Assembly: GCA_963712735.1 (NCBI GenBank) | Contig: CAVQIZ010000003.1 | Location: 428,855 to 492,854 of the forward strand | Direction: 5' to 3' | Source: an uncultured Chloroflexia bacterium | GTDB lineage: Bacteria; Chloroflexota; Limnocylindria; Limnocylindrales; CSP1-4 | DNA length: 64,000 nt | Shown: in pieces, positions 62,482 to 64,000 of the stretch | Layout: every line of letters begins with the position of its first letter | Position numbering within the stretch: the first letter of the stretch is position 1 | The notes under the pieces: generated by a model | Told to the model about the DNA's origin: nothing | Seen by the model: only the letters and a program-made list of their open reading frames with translations | The model's database searches: none | Translations under genes and position numbers: made by a program

Positions 62482-64000
62482 CTAGTCGCCGCTGTCGCCC
62501 GCTCCGCCGAGCAGCTCATCGAGCCCGGCCAGGGGGATGCCCAGCCAGTCGGAGCGCGATCCCAGCCGCGAGGTCAGCTCGTCGCAGGCACGCGACACCA
62601 GCAGGCACTTGAACAGTACCGACCAGGTGTCGTCGTCCGACGGGTTGAAGCTGGTGCCGGCGGTGGCCTCGCGATAGCCGCGCACGCAGGCCGCGGACAT
62701 CCACTGGAACCAGTACGTGGACCAGGCAGCCAGGCCGTCGGGCTCGACGACGTCCGCGCTCAGCAGCTCACGCTCCACCCGTGGCCAGTGGGCCGCGAAG
62801 TGGATGGAACGCACGAGGCCGGCGAGGTCGGTCAGGGCCGGTCGCTTGAGACGTCGCTCGCTCAAGGGGCGCCCGGTGTCGCCCTCGAAGTCGATGATGA
62901 TGACGTCGTTGCCCGTGTCGAGCACCTGGCCCAGGTGCAGGTCGCCGTGCACGCGGATGCGCTGCCCGTCGCTCTTGATGTCGCGCAGGCGCCGGAGCAG
63001 GGCATCGACCCGGGGGGCTGCCTCGAGCACCACGCGCGCGGCTTCCTGGTCCCGCAGCGGCAGCGTCGCGCGCCGGTCCTCCAGCAGCTCGAGGGCGCTG
63101 CTGACGCGCCGCCGCACCGACTGGTAGAGCGAGCGTACGTAGAAGGGCGACATCGGTTCCGGCGCGAAATCGGGGTCGTCTGCGTCGGCCGCGGCAAGGT
63201 GACGGTGCATCTGTCCGACACGCAAGCCGAGGATGTGGGCGGTCTGGAGCGCAGCGCCGATGCGCTCCTGCGCGGCGGCCGGGACGGGCGCCTGCGCCAG
63301 GTCGAGGAAGAAGCGGTCACCGTCGGCGGCCAGCGCCGGTGCCTGCGGCTCGGCCTCGGCATCCGAGAGGAAGGCGCCCACCGCCTCGCGCATCGACTCC
63401 CAGAGGTTGCCTTCGTGTGGCACGTACGCCTGCACCATCGCCAGCGTCGCCTGCTCGCCGTCGTGGGTGACCGCGGCCGAGCCCAGCACGCGCGGGACGT
63501 TGGCGAACCCGGCACCGGCCAGGTAGCGGCCCAGCTCGAGGTCCGGGTTGGGGCCGTCCTCCAGCACGCGATAGAGCTTCAGCATCAGCCGGTCGCCGTA
63601 GGTGGCGGAGCTGTTGGACATGCTGGGCTGCTCACGCACCGGCGTCGCCGTGAGCGCTCCGGCTGCCTGGCCCGCCAGTTGCGCGCGCAGCCCCTTGCCG
63701 GCATGGCCCACGAGGAAGCCGTGCGCGCCCTTGATGCGCCGGCGCCCGGAGACCACGCCGAGCAGCGCCTCGTAGACGCCGGGGACGTAGCGTGCCGTCG
63801 AGCAGGCGCGCCGTCTCGCCCTCGCCCACGAGTCGTGCGATGGCAGCCTCGGGTGCCTCGGCGACGAGATCGTCAGCGTCGAACTCGACGTCGGTCGCGA
63901 GCGGCAGCACGTAGGTGGCGGGCTCGGCATCGCGGTAGGCCACGTGCAGGAATGCCAGGACCGCCGGCGGCGACGAGGGAAGCTCGACCACGTCGCTGAT
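62482..64000 (-). CDS. mak: Maltokinase (Mak/Pep2-type, APH fold), 5' end outside the window; frame break near ~63790
   Basis: MLKLYRVLEDGPNPDLELGRYLAGAGF..., RIRVHGDLHLGQVL..VIIIDFEGDTGRPLSERRLKRPALTDLAGLVRSIHFAA. The upstream part LAFLHVAYRDAEPATYVLPLA... is in the frame of ORF 63632..63991. Confidence 0.75.
   Translation of the reverse strand, partial: SATWSSFPRRRRRSWHSCTWPTAMPSPPPTCCRSRPTSSSTLTISSPRHPRLPSHDSWARARRRACSTARYVPGVYEALLGVVSGRRRIKGAHGFLVGHAGKGLRAQLAGQAAGALTATPVREQPSMSNSSATYGDRLMLKLYRVLEDGPNPDLELGRYLAGAGFANVPRVLGSAAVTHDGEQATLAMVQAYVPHEGNLWESMREAVGAFLSDAEAEPQAPALAADGDRFFLDLAQAPVPAAAQERIGAALQTAHILGLRVGQMHRHLAAADADDPDFAPEPMSPFYVRSLYQSVRRRVSSALELLEDRRATLPLRDQEAARVVLEAAPRVDALLRRLRDIKSDGQRIRVHGDLHLGQVLDTGNDVIIIDFEGDTGRPLSERRLKRPALTDLAGLVRSIHFAAHWPRVERELLSADVVEPDGLAAWSTYWFQWMSAACVRGYREATAGTSFNPSDDDTWSVLFKCLLVSRACDELTSRLGSRSDWLGIPLAGLDELLGGAGDSGD

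Noticed and set aside
1-64000. tRNA, rRNA, tmRNA, transposase, integrase, phage or defence-system genes.
   Set aside because: I looked for GGTTCGAATCC-type T-arms, rRNA-like stretches, DDE/tyrosine-recombinase motifs and nuclease/ATPase defence hallmarks in the ORF set. Nothing convincing was found.

Overview
High-GC (roughly 68-70% by eye) bacterial chromosome segment with two very different parts.

**Core part (nt ~38,000-64,000, plus the left edge 0.5-6 kb).** It carries an MBL-fold hydrolase and a divergent hisA. Next is a yerC(TrpR-like)-hisG-hisD-hisC-hisB-hisH-hisF-hisIE operon with overlapping start/stop codons. Then come tyrS, a class-A PBP, mutS2-mpg-cvpA, pheT-pheS, rplT-rpmI-infC, thrS and a maltokinase that runs off the right edge. 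ettA, an LLM oxidoreductase, a SnoaL-like protein and a PD40 propeller sit at the left.

**Accessory part (nt ~2,300-37,800).** This is a secreted/membrane-protein island with no transposase, integrase or phage genes. It is built from strongly diverged paralogs:
- Fam-1: at least 11 modules of a secreted domain ending in a near-invariant D-x-W-L-S-I-A-E-T-F-E-F-L-P-x-E-E tail.
- Fam-2: 7 copies of a second domain (SDPRL ... GxGxYEGL ... GxIFxGExP). One copy is fused to an anti-sigma-like membrane protein next to an ECF sigma factor.
- Two Fam-3 paralogs, three Kelch-repeat proteins, duplicated Zn-ribbon membrane proteins and small membrane peptides.

**Most striking signal.** A ~75-100-nt intergenic element (called the R-element here) occurs about 31 times, full or partial, between nt 2,361 and 36,126 and not at all in the core half.
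- Its promoter-proximal end carries a 6-2-6 palindrome (GGGCCG-N2-CGGCCC) abutting a -35-like TTGACC.
- In 18 copies a GA(G/C)GAT-like -10 follows 16-18 nt later (16 or 17 in all but one), just upstream of the next gene.
- An inverted variant sits directly in front of Fam-2 genes.
- I interpret it as a portable promoter/operator (or structured-RNA) cassette defining a local regulon. This is inference.

**Assembly quality.** hisC, hisB, hisH, tyrS, mpg, pheT, pheS, the maltokinase and two island genes are frame-disrupted. Several breaks lie at short homopolymers, which points to assembly indels rather than real pseudogenes.

No rRNA, tRNA or CRISPR array was found.
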